A stretch of DNA of 63,727 nt, filler included, from 10 parts of 10 records of this genome joined end to end with filler, not necessarily neighbours in it, one strand, 5' to 3'; positions 23,430 to 36,600 are shown, counted from the whole stretch's first letter. The notes: generated by a model from the letters alone, not told the origin. Translations and numbers: made by a program.

Positions 23430-25841
23430 ATGACTCTCGCTGCAGTGATCGCCCTTCTCGTCCCAGTGGCGACCAGTAGCACCGTCCCCGAGGAGGGCAG
23501 CGCTACAGTGCGATCGTTTGGTCTCGCCGGCGAATGCGACGGCGAGGTGTCCTACAACGGAATTTGCACGCCTGCCAAGTTCCCGCCGCGACAGAACTAC
23601 AGCCGTGCGGTTCCTCATCCGCCGTACTTGGAAGATCCACCTTCTGTGATCAACATCACCGTCGGTCGGCAGCTGTTCGTCGACAGCTTCCTGGTCGCTA
23701 ATGCCAGCAATACCCAGCAGATGTTCCACGCCGCGAAGTACCACGACGAGAATCCAGTGTTGCAGCCTGATCAGCCCTGGGAAGGGACCTTCGCCATGCC
23801 GTTCAGCGGAGGGGCGTGGTGGGAGGATGAAGAAGATCGGCTCGCGCTGTGGTACCGGTGCGGGGGCGGCTACGCCAGCAGCCGGAGCGAAGGCGAGCAC
23901 AGCGGTGCTGGTCGCAGTGGACCGAGTACCACTGGGACCTGCCTCGCGTACTCAACCGACGGTGTGCACTTTAGCAAGCCGCTGCAGGATGTCGTGCCGC
24001 AAACGAACTTCGTTCGCCAGGTCGCGTTCGATGGCAATACGGTATGGCTGGACCGCGGCGAGCAGAACGCATCTAGACGATACAAGATGGCGGATGTGGA
24101 CGCCGCACAGTCTTATGCACACTATACTCTGCTTGCGTCTTCTGACGGGGTGCGTTCGTGCTGTACCAACCTGTTCCGTCTATGCTCACAATTCTGATGC
24201 ACCGTCTGCTCTCTGGTGGTGCCAATTTTCGTTTCTAGGTGCATTGGGAGACTGTTGTAAATCGTACTGCAGGGACGATCAGCGATTGTTCCCGGGTGTT
24301 TTACAACCCGTTCCGAAACAAGTGGGTCTTTTCAATCAAGACAAACATTGATTTCGGCGTTGGGCGCGCGCGTGGGTACTGGGAGAGCCCGTCGTTGTTC
24401 ACAAACACGAATTGGACTCAAAATAGTCCAGCAGGTCCGTGGGATGCACCGAATGATGTGTACCCGTGGACGTGGGCAGATACGGCTGATGACTCAGACC
24501 CTGAGACAGTCAAACCCCGCACAGTCTACTCTCAGCTCTACACCGTCGACGCGGTTGCGTACGAGAGCGTCATGATCGGATTCTTCTCGATTCTGCAAGT
24601 CGACCCAACTGCGTCGCGGTAGCTGCTGTAGCTTTTCCACAGCCATTTTGCATGTCGAGACAACCAATGCTGGGCAAAGCTCAATATATAGACGACTCAT
24701 AGGGATGACGTACAATTTGCTGCACATCGCAGAGAGTGTGACTGGTACTCGCGCGACCCATCGACTAACAAGTGTCCGCCTCCGCAATATCACGAGCGCA
24801 ATGAAGTGTTTGCTGCATTCTCGCGAGACGGATTTCACTGGTCGAGACCCCCGGCGCCCCGGATACCTCTGGCCAACCTGAACGAGTCACAGTAGGTCAA
24901 TATGCATTCAGTCTTGTTTGTGAGCCAGAGTCTGTTTCTGCTCTCACCTTTACAATCAGCGCGTTTGTACGGTTTAATACTTGATGCGCAATCATACGGG
25001 CCTAGGCGCACAAATTGGAATTGGGAAGACGTGCAGTCTACAGGCGGTGGATTTATCACCATGCCAGATGAACTGTGAGAACCCCACACAAGCGAACAGC
25101 TAGACGTCAAAGGCAACTATGCTCATTTTAGACTGTCAATCAGGTGGAAATTACTAGCAGGAACATTTGAAATGTCTGATTTCGGATCGGCGTTTCGGTG
25201 GCACAGGTATATGTACGTGTCAGGCCGCTACGTCCCGAGCAACTCAAGCAAGCTCCCCGGGGCACCACAAGTTGATAGCACGGGACTCGCGAAGCTGCGG
25301 CGTGATGGCTTTGCAAGCATCACGGTCGCTGCTGATGCACAACCTGCAAGCGTCACGACACGTCCCTTAGTTTGGTCACAGGGGGCAGGAAAGTTACTAT
25401 TCGTGAATTTTAAGGGAAGCAATTTGCGCGCGAGTGTTTTGAACGCGAGCACGGGGTGAGAGCGCACATTTCCCCAAGATCTTTAGCAACGACAGCAGTA
25501 TTGATTGCCGTAAATGTTGCACGGTGCGTTTGGTCGGTAGGCTGGAGATCGAGCCGTTCTCGATAGCGAACAGTGTAGCTCTGTCGAATGACACGACACG
25601 GGCTCAGATGCACTGGAAGCTCGAGTCTAGTGATGGTCTTGCTGCGTTAGCAGGCCAGATCGTGCGCTTCCACTTTACGTTTGGAGGACGAAGCCTGGCC
25701 GCTGAGCAAGCAGCTGAGGCGCCGTCATCGCTTTATTCATTCTGGGTATCTAAGTCAGAGTGTGGCGAAAGCTACGGCTACGCAGCTGGAGGAGGCCCAG
25801 GAATTGGTGGTGACGTAGACACGCGCGGGTCGTGCATCTAA
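23430..25841 (+). CDS. Secreted five-bladed beta-propeller glycoside hydrolase-like protein (GH32/43/130-like); 6 exons
   Basis: Signal peptide MTLAAVIALLV; GRQLFVD; ENPVL; Asp-boxes YSTDGVHF, SSDGVHW and FSRDGFHW; WNWEDVQSTGGG; YMYVSGR; GLAKLRRDGFAS; LYSFW. Introns 24150-24238, 24619-24732, 24892-25005, 25075-25206 and 25456-25540 are all GT-AG and frame-restoring. Confidence 0.82.
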
Positions 25842-25996
25842 AACGTACATGTAGTGGGCTGCTCAAGGTGTGTGTGCGCGCGCGCCGCCGGCGCATGCGC
25901 GTGTGTGTGTGCCAAATGTTGCCAAATCCACGAAGCTCATCCTTTGTCCGCAAACCGCACTGCACACTCAAACCGTAGCACTAATGTACTCTGTCT

Positions 25997-27391
25997 CTAA
26001 GGCCGGATCTTTCCTGGTTCGGGGGCCGCGCGGGGCCCCTCGAGTTCTGTGGTTGCCCAGTGCCTCAGCGCCGCGGCAGTCTCAGCCTGACCATGAGATT
26101 CGGCAAGAGACAGCGCGTACTGTCCGTACTGGTTTGTCTTTCGCCAATCCGCACCATGCTCGAGCAGGCACCGCACGGCCTCGGTGGAACCAACGTTTGC
26201 CGCAAGCATCAACGCCGTCCATCCAGCGTTCTCCGCCTTCTCCGGGTCCGCGCCCGCACCAAGCAAGACCAGCATCTTGTCGATAGAGTTCGCTTCCGCC
26301 GCCCATTGCAGCGCCGTGCGACCATTCCTTCCCACCCAGTTGACGTCCGCACCCTCTGGAACCGTCTCGAGCAGCCGCGAAAACAGCTGGGGGTCGTGTT
26401 TGCGCTCTCTGGTCGCCGTGATCAGCGCAGAGGCCCATGCTTCAGCCCTCGCGACTTTCCGCATTTGCTCGCGGGCTGCGGCCCGCCAGCTTTCCTCAAG
26501 CGCTGCCTGCTCGTCCAATGCAGCCCTATATCCCACTACTTCCAGCTGTTCCTCTGCAGTTCCATGCACCATCAACCACGCCTCAAGCACCGCGGTGGGT
26601 TCGTGCTTCTTGTATTCCCTCGCAATGGCGAGCGCGTTCCTGCCGAGCTGATCTGTCTGCCACCGCCAGTCCGCCCCTTGCTCGAGCAGCCACTGCACGG
26701 CCTTAGTGGATCCATGCGCCACCCCGACCATCACTGCCGACATTCCGTTCTCGTTCAACTTGTCTAAATCGGCGCCGGCCCTGACCAACACTGCCATCAT
26801 CTCAACATGGTTGCCTGCCGTGGCGTGGGACATCGCCGTGTGACCTCTCCAATCCATACCATTGGCGTTCGCGCCCTCGTCCGCAAGGAGTCGCACCACA
26901 TCCCCGGTTTGGCCGAGCTTGGCCGCGTTGAGCATCGTGATGGTTGCCATCTTCGCCTGCTCACTAAGCGACCAGCGCCGCGCCGCCTCCTGAACCACTG
27001 AGCGCGACTCCACTGCCCCACCTATCTGCCACTCGATCTTGCTCCTGAAGTGGCGGGAGACGCAGCCTAGCCGGCGCATGTCTCGTGGAGCCAGGAAGCT
27101 GCAGATTCGCAGCAACACCTCCACTTCCTCGATGTCGTCGAGCGAGAGCAGAGGAACCTCGGCTGCTGCTGCCACCGGCTGAAGCTGCGGTCCAGTACAA
27201 TCCTCGGGCAACTCTTCCGTCGCCCCTCCACCCATCCTCTCCTCTCGCTGTCGCACACACCCCTCCTCGCGGACCCCGTGCTCGAACTCGCTGTCATCGG
27301 AGTCCGACGAACTCGAGGGCTGCCAGAAACAGTCGTCGTCGACTTGTGCCGTGTCGTCGTCGCTCGAAGAATCGATCGAGATGTTCATCAT
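25997..27391 (-). CDS. F-box-like + ankyrin repeat protein
   Basis: F-box-like LLSL..EVLLRICSFLAPRDMRRLGCVSRHFR. Two blocks of ankyrin repeats (GHTAMSHA, GMSAVM, GRNALAIA; GRTALQWAA, GWTALMLAA). Confidence 0.85.
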   Translation of the reverse strand: MMNISIDSSSDDDTAQVDDDCFWQPSSSSDSDDSEFEHGVREEGCVRQREERMGGGATEELPEDCTGPQLQPVAAAAEVPLLSLDDIEEVEVLLRICSFLAPRDMRRLGCVSRHFRSKIEWQIGGAVESRSVVQEAARRWSLSEQAKMATITMLNAAKLGQTGDVVRLLADEGANANGMDWRGHTAMSHATAGNHVEMMAVLVRAGADLDKLNENGMSAVMVGVAHGSTKAVQWLLEQGADWRWQTDQLGRNALAIAREYKKHEPTAVLEAWLMVHGTAEEQLEVVGYRAALDEQAALEESWRAAAREQMRKVARAEAWASALITATRERKHDPQLFSRLLETVPEGADVNWVGRNGRTALQWAAEANSIDKMLVLLGAGADPEKAENAGWTALMLAANVGSTEAVRCLLEHGADWRKTNQYGQYALSLAESHGQAETAAALRHWATTELEGPRAAPEPGKIRP

Positions 27392-27802
27392 CGCCCCGCG
27401 CCCCCCTGACCGGGTACCAGCAGGCCGAGCGCATGCAATGAACCGCGCGCGCGTGCGACACCACGCGAGGCGGCCGCGGTCAGGGTCACCGTACGCTGAT
27501 ATACACGTATTATAGGTTCCTCTAGCTAGAGGATACTATAGTGCTCGCTAGTCTCTCTAGAGACTGAATATATCGTACAGCGTAGGCCGTAGCATGTGCG
27601 CACGGCGCCATCGGCCGCGCGCGCGGGGGGTGCGCGCGCGATATATACGATGCCCGGCGGCGGCCGCGGCGCGGCGGCGGCGGCTCGCGCAACCCCTATT
27701 AGCTGTCTGTAACTCTGTATAGCTATAGGACGGATCCGCGCCGCCGACGCCGTCTCTCGTCCCGCCCCCCCGCCCGCGGGGACCGGGGAGAGAGTTATAC
27801 GG
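27392..27802. promoter_or_regulatory. Divergent promoter region with alternating GCGC-rich and TATA/CTAG-rich palindromic blocks
   Basis: Lies between two divergent ATGs. Contains the perfect palindrome TCCTCTAGCTAGAGGA (27518-27533), (CG)n tracts and TATA tracts. Confidence 0.7.
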
Positions 27803-30626
27803 ATGCCGCGCACAAATCTCCTGCTGCTGGCAGCCACCTGCTGCGTATACTCCCTGCTGCGCTCAGCAGCAGTCGTGCAGGGCCGAGAGCTGCACGAGGT
27901 GAATGCAGCGGGAGTGGCCGTCAAAGAGGTGCATATGGTGCTCTCCTCGCATTTCGATGCGGGATGTAAAACCCCCGGCTGCACGCGTTCCGAAGACCTG
28001 ACGCCCAATGAAGCACGGGTCTGTGCCAAGGTTGGTGCTGGGAATGCTCACGGAGCGACTGATCCATTTGGGACTGGCGAGCCTTGGGCGTATCACATCG
28101 TCAACCGCTACTTCGACCAGTTTATCCCTCAGGCAATTGCACTGGCTGAGGAAGGACGGCGCAACGGTACTGCGTACACCTACATGACGCAGAGCTGGGT
28201 CGCAAGCCTCTACCTCGATTGTGAACGTGCAGGGATGCTCTCGTGGCCTGGCTCTGGAGCGGCCAAAGCCGGTCTGCCCACTTTACACTGCCCAAATGCT
28301 TCCTCCGTCGCGGCTTTCAAAGCTGCGCTCCAGCGCGGCGACATCTTCTTGCATGCCTTTCCGCACGACGGCGAAGCGAGCTACTACCCTGACAGCTCAC
28401 TGTTCGAGTCGGCGCTAGAAATTGCCGAGCGTCTCGCCAAGGAAGTCGGCTTCGCACCACCCATTTCCGTCTCCCAGCGTGACGTCCCTGGTTGGACACG
28501 CGCGGCTTTGCCCCTGCTCCAGAATCACGGGATTGTGGGGCTCTCTTTCGGTGCAGGCACTCCACCGGGCAAGCCAGACGTGCCCCCGCTCTGCGTCTGG
28601 AGAGACGAGGCGAGCGGCGCTGAAGTGGTGCTGACGTACGAGACGGGTTACGGTGGAGACTCCACCGTCTTTGTGCTTCCGAACGGAGTGGCGCTTGCTG
28701 TAGCCTGGCAAGGCGACAACACCGGCCCAGCACCACTTGAAGATGTCGCTGGATTTTACGCTCAGGTCAAGCAAAAGTATCCCGGTGCCCACGTCTCCGC
28801 ATCGACATTTGACGAGTTCTTCAAGGTTGCGAATGAGCCGGCTGTGAAGGCGCAACTTCCGGTAGTCACAGAAGAGATTGGTGATGGTTGGCTTTACGGA
28901 GTGCCCTCCGATCGTGAGTGTCTTTCTCTTTCCCTTGTTCATTTCTCTCGCGCGCGTGTGTGTTCTGATTACCTCATCTTATCTCCTCCTGCCATCGCGG
29001 CCTTGCCCTCTGTAGCACTAAAGAATGCTCAATTTCGAGAAGCTTCTAGGCAACGGCTAGCCTGTCTTCAGAGCGGAACCTGCGATGCGGCCAGCCCAGC
29101 AATGCGAGCTTTCGATCGGTTGCTGATCAAGGTTCCTGAGCACACTTGGGGAGTTGCTCAGTCGTGGTTTTTACCGTGAGCTCACCGTTCAGCAGTCGAT
29201 CCCTTAGTCACTCTTTAACGAATGGGAGCTATCGCCTGTACTGTCTCATACAGTGTGGTTTGACGCAGGGATTATGTCAACTGGACAAACAGCGCGTTTG
29301 ACCGGGCGCGAGCGCAGCAGCCGCTTGGGTTTGTTGCCGACAACACGCATCATGCTGACTACAACTCGACCGTCAACTCGTGGGTCGAGCAGCGGCTTTT
29401 TGTAACGCAGGCCCCAGCGCTGCTCGAAGCCACCTATCCTGAGCTGGCGGCTAGCCTGACGAAGGCCCTGGATGAGCTCGCGCACCCAGCAGTGCCATCG
29501 CCAACCGCAAACATGAAGAAGGTTAACGCAGGTGAAGCAGTGGATTGTGGCGACTGGACCTTAAAGATAGGCAGCACTGGCGCTCTTGTATCTCTTGTCA
29601 ACACAGCTACGGGGATGGGTGAAACAACCGTCGACTGGGCGAGCGAAGACCATCCAGTCGGCCAATTCTTGTACCAGACCTTTACAAGTGGCGATTTCAA
29701 TCTTTTTCTCAAGGATTTTGGCTCACGCATCGGAGACAAGGGAACATGGCCAGAACATACTGCCGGCCGTTACGCAAACTACTCTTACTCAACCTCCGAT
29801 CTTTCTTGCGGTAATTTCTGCAAAAAGAACATGACTTCCGCTGACCCACGCCACCGTGAGCTATCGCCCTCGCTCACGTCGGCTTGGCACCAGAAAACCA
29901 CAGCTGGCAGCGGAGTTGGTTGTACACTACTAACCAGAGCCAGCCTTCCACTAGACGCGCAGGCAGAGGCCGGTGCACCTGCAGAGGTCGTTGTACAGCT
30001 TACTGTCCAAGGCAACACTTTCGACTGGGATGTAGTGTGGACGGATAAGCGTCCAACAAGACTGGCAGAATCGATCTTCTTCAGCTTTGTGCCCAAACCT
30101 GCAGCTATGGCCCCTGCGGGCTGGTCCCTGCAAGTGCTGGGTTCTAAGATGGACCCAACCGACACGCTTGGGAAGCCCGGCTCGGATGAAAATACTGCAA
30201 CATATGGTGGTTCCCCACACCTGCGAGGCGTAGAAGCTGTACAGTGGAACGGCACTGAAGGTACTTGTCAGATTACTCTATTCGACGCTTCTCGCTCTGA
30301 TGATTGGATGCTAGCCTAAAGTCTTGACCGTATGTTCTTCAGGAGGCTTCGCTTTGAGTTCACTTGATGTCCCGATCCTCTGCACCGGCAAACCGTCGCC
30401 ATTCGTCACCCCACGAACGCAACCACCAGACATGTCCCTCGGAGTACACTGGAACATTTTCCAGAACATTTGGAATACGAACTACGTTCTATGGTAAGAG
30501 CCAGCGTGATTGCCTGCTGGATACAGTGATCGAACCAGAGGTGACAACTTAGTGTCATGCAGGTACCCATTCGACGCCGCAGACAAAGTCACGCGATCTC
30601 GTTTCAAACTTGAATTTTGGCGCTGA
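27803..30626 (+). CDS. Secreted GH38-N-like / DUF5054-type glycoside hydrolase-like protein; 5 exons
   Basis: Signal peptide; VHMVLSSHFDAG; QRDVPGWTR; GDNTGP; LPVVTEEIGDGWLYGVPSDPLK; KVPEHTWG; KRPTRLAESIFFSF; QNIWNTNYVLWYP. Introns 28914-29015, 29176-29268, 30261-30342 and 30494-30562; TGA at 30624-30626. Confidence 0.82.
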
Positions 30627-30981
30627 ACTGACGTTTGGGTCTAGGGGGCGACACAATCCATCACTTCAGACGCGACAGGTCCTAGTGTGAAGCTTTTTGT
30701 GTGATGGTTTGTGCTCAACGGATGTCCAAAAGATGATATTCACCCCGAGCACTGGTCTCGGCTGTTTGGACAATCAGATTCTTCTCAAACGACTTCACAG
30801 TTTTCGCGGCGACAGTCCCAGAGCCATCTACCCGATCTCCACGAACACTGGTGTCAGTGTTCTCGCCGCTATCTGCGAGCCAAACCGCCGGAGGCGCACC
30901 ACTCGCATCTGCCATGGCAAGTAGCCCTTGATTGCACCCGCCACCGGATCACCACATAGCTGTGCCACTGCCTCTCTCCAC

Positions 30982-33489
30982 CTATGCCAGAGTTCTAGCG
31001 CGTTCCAGCGCACTGAGTCGTTCGCTACATTCAGTTATTCCAGCTTTCAGCGCCGCCAATCGTGCGCCATCACTGTCGAGTATATTGGCTGACGATGATG
31101 GACTCATCTGGCTCGGCAAAGTGTCTGCAACATCTATCACTGCACGTGCAAGGACATTGCCGACCAGCGACCTGGCCAGCACTTCATCGTGCGCACGATC
31201 GTGTTCCCTGGCCCTTACACTGATATCATGTTGCTGCGCCTCCGTGTGTCGTCCTGGCCTCTCAGTTTGCTCCCACTTGCGCTTACGCTTATCTACTTTG
31301 CGCTCAGATGTTGCGTCGCACCAGGCTTTGATGCATTTAGCCAAAGCACGGGTCTTCGTCTTCTGAGCTGTTGCTACCAATACCCGCTCCTGTGACGTCT
31401 CTGTAGCCTCGCGAACAAGTGCGGTGGAGAACACCCTTTCCACTAGAGTGGTAGCAAGCAGCTCATCCCGCATCGTGCCACCTGTCCAGGCCTGTAATCT
31501 CAGGTCTTGTATCAGCGTCGCTTGTATGGTCGAGCTCTGCTCCAACTTTGTAGCGATATGACCAAGCAAAGTGTCAAAGTGCGCTCTGGAATTTGCCTCA
31601 AGGGTCGTTGCTCGGCTCTCCACACACCTGCGCTCATGGGCCAGCTCAGCTTTAGCAGACTGCAGTGCAGCTGATTTGCCATCGCTCTTGATCGTTCTGA
31701 TCAGGTCCGCCCAAGCTCTCACTGTCTTCATGGCAACTAATCTACCCATTTGCTTGGCTGATTGTCTCATCCTGTGGCGCTTCTCTTGTCTGGACTTTGC
31801 ATAACCACGCCAAGAATAGAGGCTCTTCATCACACGGCGCCAGTGAATCTTCTGAGCTACCGCTGCAACAATCCTCTGGCGTGCTAGCTCATCGTCGATT
31901 TTTGATGCTGTTTCGTGTAGAAATGCGTTCAGTTCGTGCCCACCCTGCCACGACGATTCCACTGCAGCTAATTCACCCTCGTGCCGATCCCGCAACACTT
32001 TGACTTCCCTACGCGACTCGTGTATCCTTACGGCGTGACGACATGCGTTTTGGACCGCAACCCGCGAGAGCCTGAGAGTAGTGCTTGTCCGTTCAGCTAC
32101 GCGTTCGTTGGTGAGATCCTGCAGTGCCGTTTCTAGCTGTGTGGCTCTACTCTTCACCTCACTCAGCTGCGTTTGCAATGAATGATGCTTTGCCTTCAGC
32201 GTTTCCATATGACTTTCCAGGCTGACATTCTGTTCCGTCAGAGCAGCTGTTTCTTGACGGGCAGAACGCAGCTGATCTGTCAGCCTCTGTACCGTTTGAG
32301 CTCTCGTCCCAAGTTCCACTGCTTGCTCGGAGCTCTTTCTTTGAAGGGCCGTGAATGTCTCCTGAAATCGGCTCAACTCCTGTTGCAATGCTTCAACCGT
32401 TGCTGCGCCTTCGCTGCGCTCTTTTCTCAGCGTAACTTCGCGCTCTTCGCACTGTTTCTGTGCCTGCTCGACTGCAGCCTCGTTCGCCCTTTTCCACGTG
32501 GTGAGCTCACGCTCTCGTTCTTCCTGCATCTGTTTGATCCGCGCTTCCAGCCGGTAGACCTTGCGATTCATCTCTTCCGCTGTGCTGCAGTAGTTCTGTG
32601 CTGTTCGTGGGTCCAGTGCCAGCGCGAGTTTTGCTTTCAGCGACCAACGTAGGCGGTCCTGCTGGGCCTGTTGCGTGGTCAGCTGCTTGAGCGATAACGG
32701 GCCGCCGTCGATGTTGCGGGTTGGAACTGGTTGAACACATACCGGAACAGTGGTCTCATCCTCTGCTGCTGTCTGTGTTGCAGCGTGCGTCGTCTGAAGG
32801 ACAGACTGTTTGTTCGTGGGCTGCTGGACTTCCCCAGTTATCGTCTGCTGCTCACTGTTGCTGTCGCGCCCTTTCGCTGCTGCCTTGCGCCACGCTCCCA
32901 ACATTTTCTCGGCCTCCTGCGCTGAGGAACGGGCGGCCTCCTCGACGTCTGAGTTACTACTCTTCGCCCACATTTCGCGCTCCTTTTGCCACTCTTCCTG
33001 CATTCGCCTGATCTGATCTTCCAACTCGCGTGACGAAGTGCCTTGGACGACCGAACTGTCTACCGTGCTGCGGCAAGGCGATGAAGTCGAGCAAGGTCCC
33101 GCCGGCTGCAGGCCCTGAAGTGCTGGAGCACGACCTGAATCGCCGCGACGCGCTGCACCGTTCGTGCCCGGTGGCTCGTTGGGCGAGGCATCCAAGACCT
33201 GAGCCAGCTGCTTCCGCAGCTCCTCGCGCCGCCCCTCTAGCCGCTTTTCCTCCCGCACCAGCGTCCCCAACGACAGCGTTGCCACCTTCGCTGCCGGCCG
33301 TACTGCCATCTCTTTCCCAGCCAGCTGCGGAGAATCAGTTGACCCAACATCCTCTCCCGGCGAGCCTGGAGAGTCACCCGCTGGGCTGCGTGTGTCCGCT
33401 TGCTCGCTGGCCTTTCGCGAGCGATCGCGGCCTCTACTCGAAGCTGAGCGCGTCGGCGTCGTGCAGAGCCCGCTCAGCTTCCCCGTCAT
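30982..33489 (-). CDS. Long coiled-coil protein with Sfi1-like (xxxxW[R/A/C]) repeats
   Basis: ORF of about 835 aa from ATG 33489 with extensive heptads; Trp-centred motifs KSLYSWRGY, KTVRAWADL and KCIKAWCDA. Confidence 0.7.
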   Translation of the reverse strand: MTGKLSGLCTTPTRSASSRGRDRSRKASEQADTRSPAGDSPGSPGEDVGSTDSPQLAGKEMAVRPAAKVATLSLGTLVREEKRLEGRREELRKQLAQVLDASPNEPPGTNGAARRGDSGRAPALQGLQPAGPCSTSSPCRSTVDSSVVQGTSSRELEDQIRRMQEEWQKEREMWAKSSNSDVEEAARSSAQEAEKMLGAWRKAAAKGRDSNSEQQTITGEVQQPTNKQSVLQTTHAATQTAAEDETTVPVCVQPVPTRNIDGGPLSLKQLTTQQAQQDRLRWSLKAKLALALDPRTAQNYCSTAEEMNRKVYRLEARIKQMQEERERELTTWKRANEAAVEQAQKQCEEREVTLRKERSEGAATVEALQQELSRFQETFTALQRKSSEQAVELGTRAQTVQRLTDQLRSARQETAALTEQNVSLESHMETLKAKHHSLQTQLSEVKSRATQLETALQDLTNERVAERTSTTLRLSRVAVQNACRHAVRIHESRREVKVLRDRHEGELAAVESSWQGGHELNAFLHETASKIDDELARQRIVAAVAQKIHWRRVMKSLYSWRGYAKSRQEKRHRMRQSAKQMGRLVAMKTVRAWADLIRTIKSDGKSAALQSAKAELAHERRCVESRATTLEANSRAHFDTLLGHIATKLEQSSTIQATLIQDLRLQAWTGGTMRDELLATTLVERVFSTALVREATETSQERVLVATAQKTKTRALAKCIKAWCDATSERKVDKRKRKWEQTERPGRHTEAQQHDISVRAREHDRAHDEVLARSLVGNVLARAVIDVADTLPSQMSPSSSANILDSDGARLAALKAGITECSERLSALERARTLA

Positions 33490-33545
33490 CGCGAGCAGCA
33501 GCACGTCACAGGAGGCCGTCACAGGCTGGCTCAGGATTCAATCCA

Positions 33546-33645
33546 NNNNNNNNNNNNNNNNNNNNNNNNNNNNNNNNNNNNNNNNNNNNTTAATTAATTA
33601 ANNNNNNNNNNNNNNNNNNNNNNNNNNNNNNNNNNNNNNNNNNNN
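33546..33645. other. Artificial contig spacer
   Basis: N44-TTAATTAATTAA-N44. Confidence 0.99.
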
Positions 33646-33647
33646 CG

Positions 33648-36600
33648 GAGCCGGAGCAGGAGCCGGAGCAGGAGCCGAGCGGAGGGAATGCTCGGTCGTC
33701 ACGCGGCGGCTCGGCTGGGAAGGCGGTTGGTCGGCGGATGCGGCGTGTGTCGGTGGCGCTACTGGGGAGGAACCATAGTAGTGATGAAGAAGCATCGGGG
33801 CCGAGCCATAAGGTGAGTGCTAATGATGACAAGCAGAACCTCCAGAGATTGATGGGGCAAGATACTGGTGCACAGGCTGCTGTCGCACCAAAAAAGAAAG
33901 TTGGCCGCATGCGGCGGCTTTCGGTGAACCTGATGGAGAAGATAGCATCCAAATCGAAAGCCCTTGCCGACTCGCCACGTTCGTGCTCTGGCCCATCAGA
34001 AGAAGAGGACGAGTACGACCCAGTGCCTGGCACCACCGGCGCGAACGCTCGTGCAGGCTCGGCGGGTACCAGTCGCGCGGGCTCCGCAAGCACCAGCCGC
34101 GTGGGGTCTGCGGGAACCAGTCGTATGGGCTCTGCGGGAACTAGCCGTCCCGAATCCGCGACAACCAGCCGCAGCACAGACTCTGGCGGGAGCATAGACG
34201 ACGACAGTCGAAACGGCAGAGTCAGAGCACGGAAAACCAAAACGAAGATGGCGCGTGGAGGCAACTTTGTGCAGCGCATGCGGCGCATGTCGGTGGAAGC
34301 TGTCGGTAAAGTGGCGACCAAAACAGCGGAACAGCTGCTTGCGGACAGCGCGGAAGCGGGACAGCAACAGGAGCAGCTCGACCAGGAGCAGCTCGAGGCG
34401 CAGCGGTTAGCAGACCAAGCTGATCGCCGCATGCGTGCGGAGATGCGGCGCAAACAAGAAGAAATAGAGGAGGCAGAGCGCAAAGCCCGGGCTGCCGAGC
34501 GCGACGCTGCGCGCGCGCGCATTGCAGAGGAAGCTGCACGGGAGCTGGCAAAGGAGCAAAGCAACAAAGAGCAGATACGGCGGGAGGTCGAACGCCAACG
34601 GCGTGAGAAGGAGCAGCGGGAGCTTACTCTGCGCTCGATGGGCAAAATGACCAAGACGCGCGAGGCGGCAATGGATTTGTACATGCAAGCACTCGAGCAT
34701 GGTGGGCAGCTCCTTGATTCTGGACAGCAACGCCGCCCTGGCAGTGCTGTGAGTGCCGGCGGTGGCAGCGCCATTGCCAGCATTATTGGCGGGCACTGGA
34801 CGGTGGAGGCGCCCGCAGCAGTGACATGTGAGATGACGGACGCGCTTGACGAGGTGAAGCTAATGGCGCATCAGATCTCTCCGGTCAAGTACGGTGGTGT
34901 CACAAGAGACAGGCTTGTGATCGTAGCGATTGGAGGGGCTGCCTGCTCGGGAAAAAGTTGGCTCGGACTCAGGCTGGCTGATTCTGCACAACAAAGTGGA
35001 CTCGAAGCATTGCTGCTGTCCCTTGATACCTTTACGAAAACGGCAACAGGCACAGTTCAGTCACCAACCACAGTCCCGTTGCACCCTTTTCTGGATGCTT
35101 CGAGCCTGGTGCCTGCTGGCCACGGCGGTGGTAGCCTTGATACGCTCGCGACGTACGATCTTGCTTTCGCGCGGCGATGTATGCAGCAGCTACGCCGTGA
35201 CCTTGCGGCCGAGTTGCCTGCACGTGCTGTGTCATCTGAACAAGGTGAGGGCGGCACGGGCATGACAACGGCTCGCGTTCCACCAAGCAAAGTCGTTGTG
35301 ATTGAAGGTCGGTTTGCGCTGCATCCGATGCTGGCTGATGTTGTTGACGTGCGTGTTCACTGTGGTGGATCACCCCACCCAATGCTACTGCGCTCAATTG
35401 CTCGCCATGCAGAGCGTAAGCTGTCACTGGAGGCCAGTGAAGGCTGGAGGGGATCCCCTGCGTTGGGTGCTCTGCAGGCGTTAGCCTCGTCGACGCTACC
35501 AATGGCTGCTTTGTATTCCTCACGAATAGCGTCCTGCGCTGATCTGCTGGTACGGAACGATTGGTCTCCTCTGGGCGCTGTAACGAAGGATCTGGATGAG
35601 ACAGGTATGACGGGTGTAGACGTTCATGATGTCGGTGGCCATACTATCTATGGCGTGACAGTCAACCGTGGCAACACTAGTGCTGACTTCAATCGGGTCG
35701 CGAAGTGGATCTATGGGATTGCTCGTACAGCGTCCGGACGGTGCATTTCTTTAGATGGCCCGACCCACCTCCTTGACTACGACTGGCTCGTCAAGCCACC
35801 AGGCACTGCGGTACCCAAGCGGCACCGGACAACTGCTGCTTCTGCTGCCGCAGTACACTCCAGCGTGAATCCACGCAACATCGGTACTGCAACGGAGTCA
35901 ATGCGTGGAGCAAGTCGTGGCGGTGTATCGACTGGCACCAGGGAGACGCACTCAGCGGGTAGTAGAAGCAGCAGTGCAACAAGCACACCTTCTGCAGTTG
36001 CTGCTAGAGGTGCAGGTGGTAGCCTACCTATGTCAGCCAAAGCTGAGCAGCGCGCACGGGAACGCTCGCGCAAAAGAGTTGATCCAAATAGCCGGCCATG
36101 GCGAACGAAAGCACAACCACGTCTTGCACAGCAACAGGAGTCAGATGAGTCAGATGACGAAACGGTGACCAGTGCAGGCCAAACATCCACGTACTCAAGC
36201 CGAGGTAAACAGAAGCCGCTACCCCCATGGCCAGAAGACGGAACGTTGCCACCTGCTGCGCATGTAGTCGAAGCAATTGGGATGCCACCACGTGATGCCC
36301 TCGATCCATCTGGTGCAAGCAGCAGAGTCGGCCCCGATGGTCTGCCACGCTTCTGGTTACGGGTGACCGACAGAGCGGGGCAGTACCGGGTAGTTGCTTG
36401 TGAAAGACCTAAGGATAAGCAGAACAAGCCGAAAAGTCCCACTGGACAAACCCAGCAGCAGCAACAGCAGCGTGATCAGAGCGGCATGGTGGGCTCAGAA
36501 GCAAATGGCGAGGACGGGAAAAGTGAGAACGACGATCTGGGTCAGGAAACAATTGATCAAAAGGACAAGAATTCTTCATCTTCCAATCGGAAGAGCAAAC

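Noticed and set aside
33590-34783. Long antisense ORFs (also 14046-14870, 18707-19282, 26060-26767, 56635-57453)
   Set aside because: Shadows of GC-rich or low-complexity sense-strand genes, with no independent motifs.
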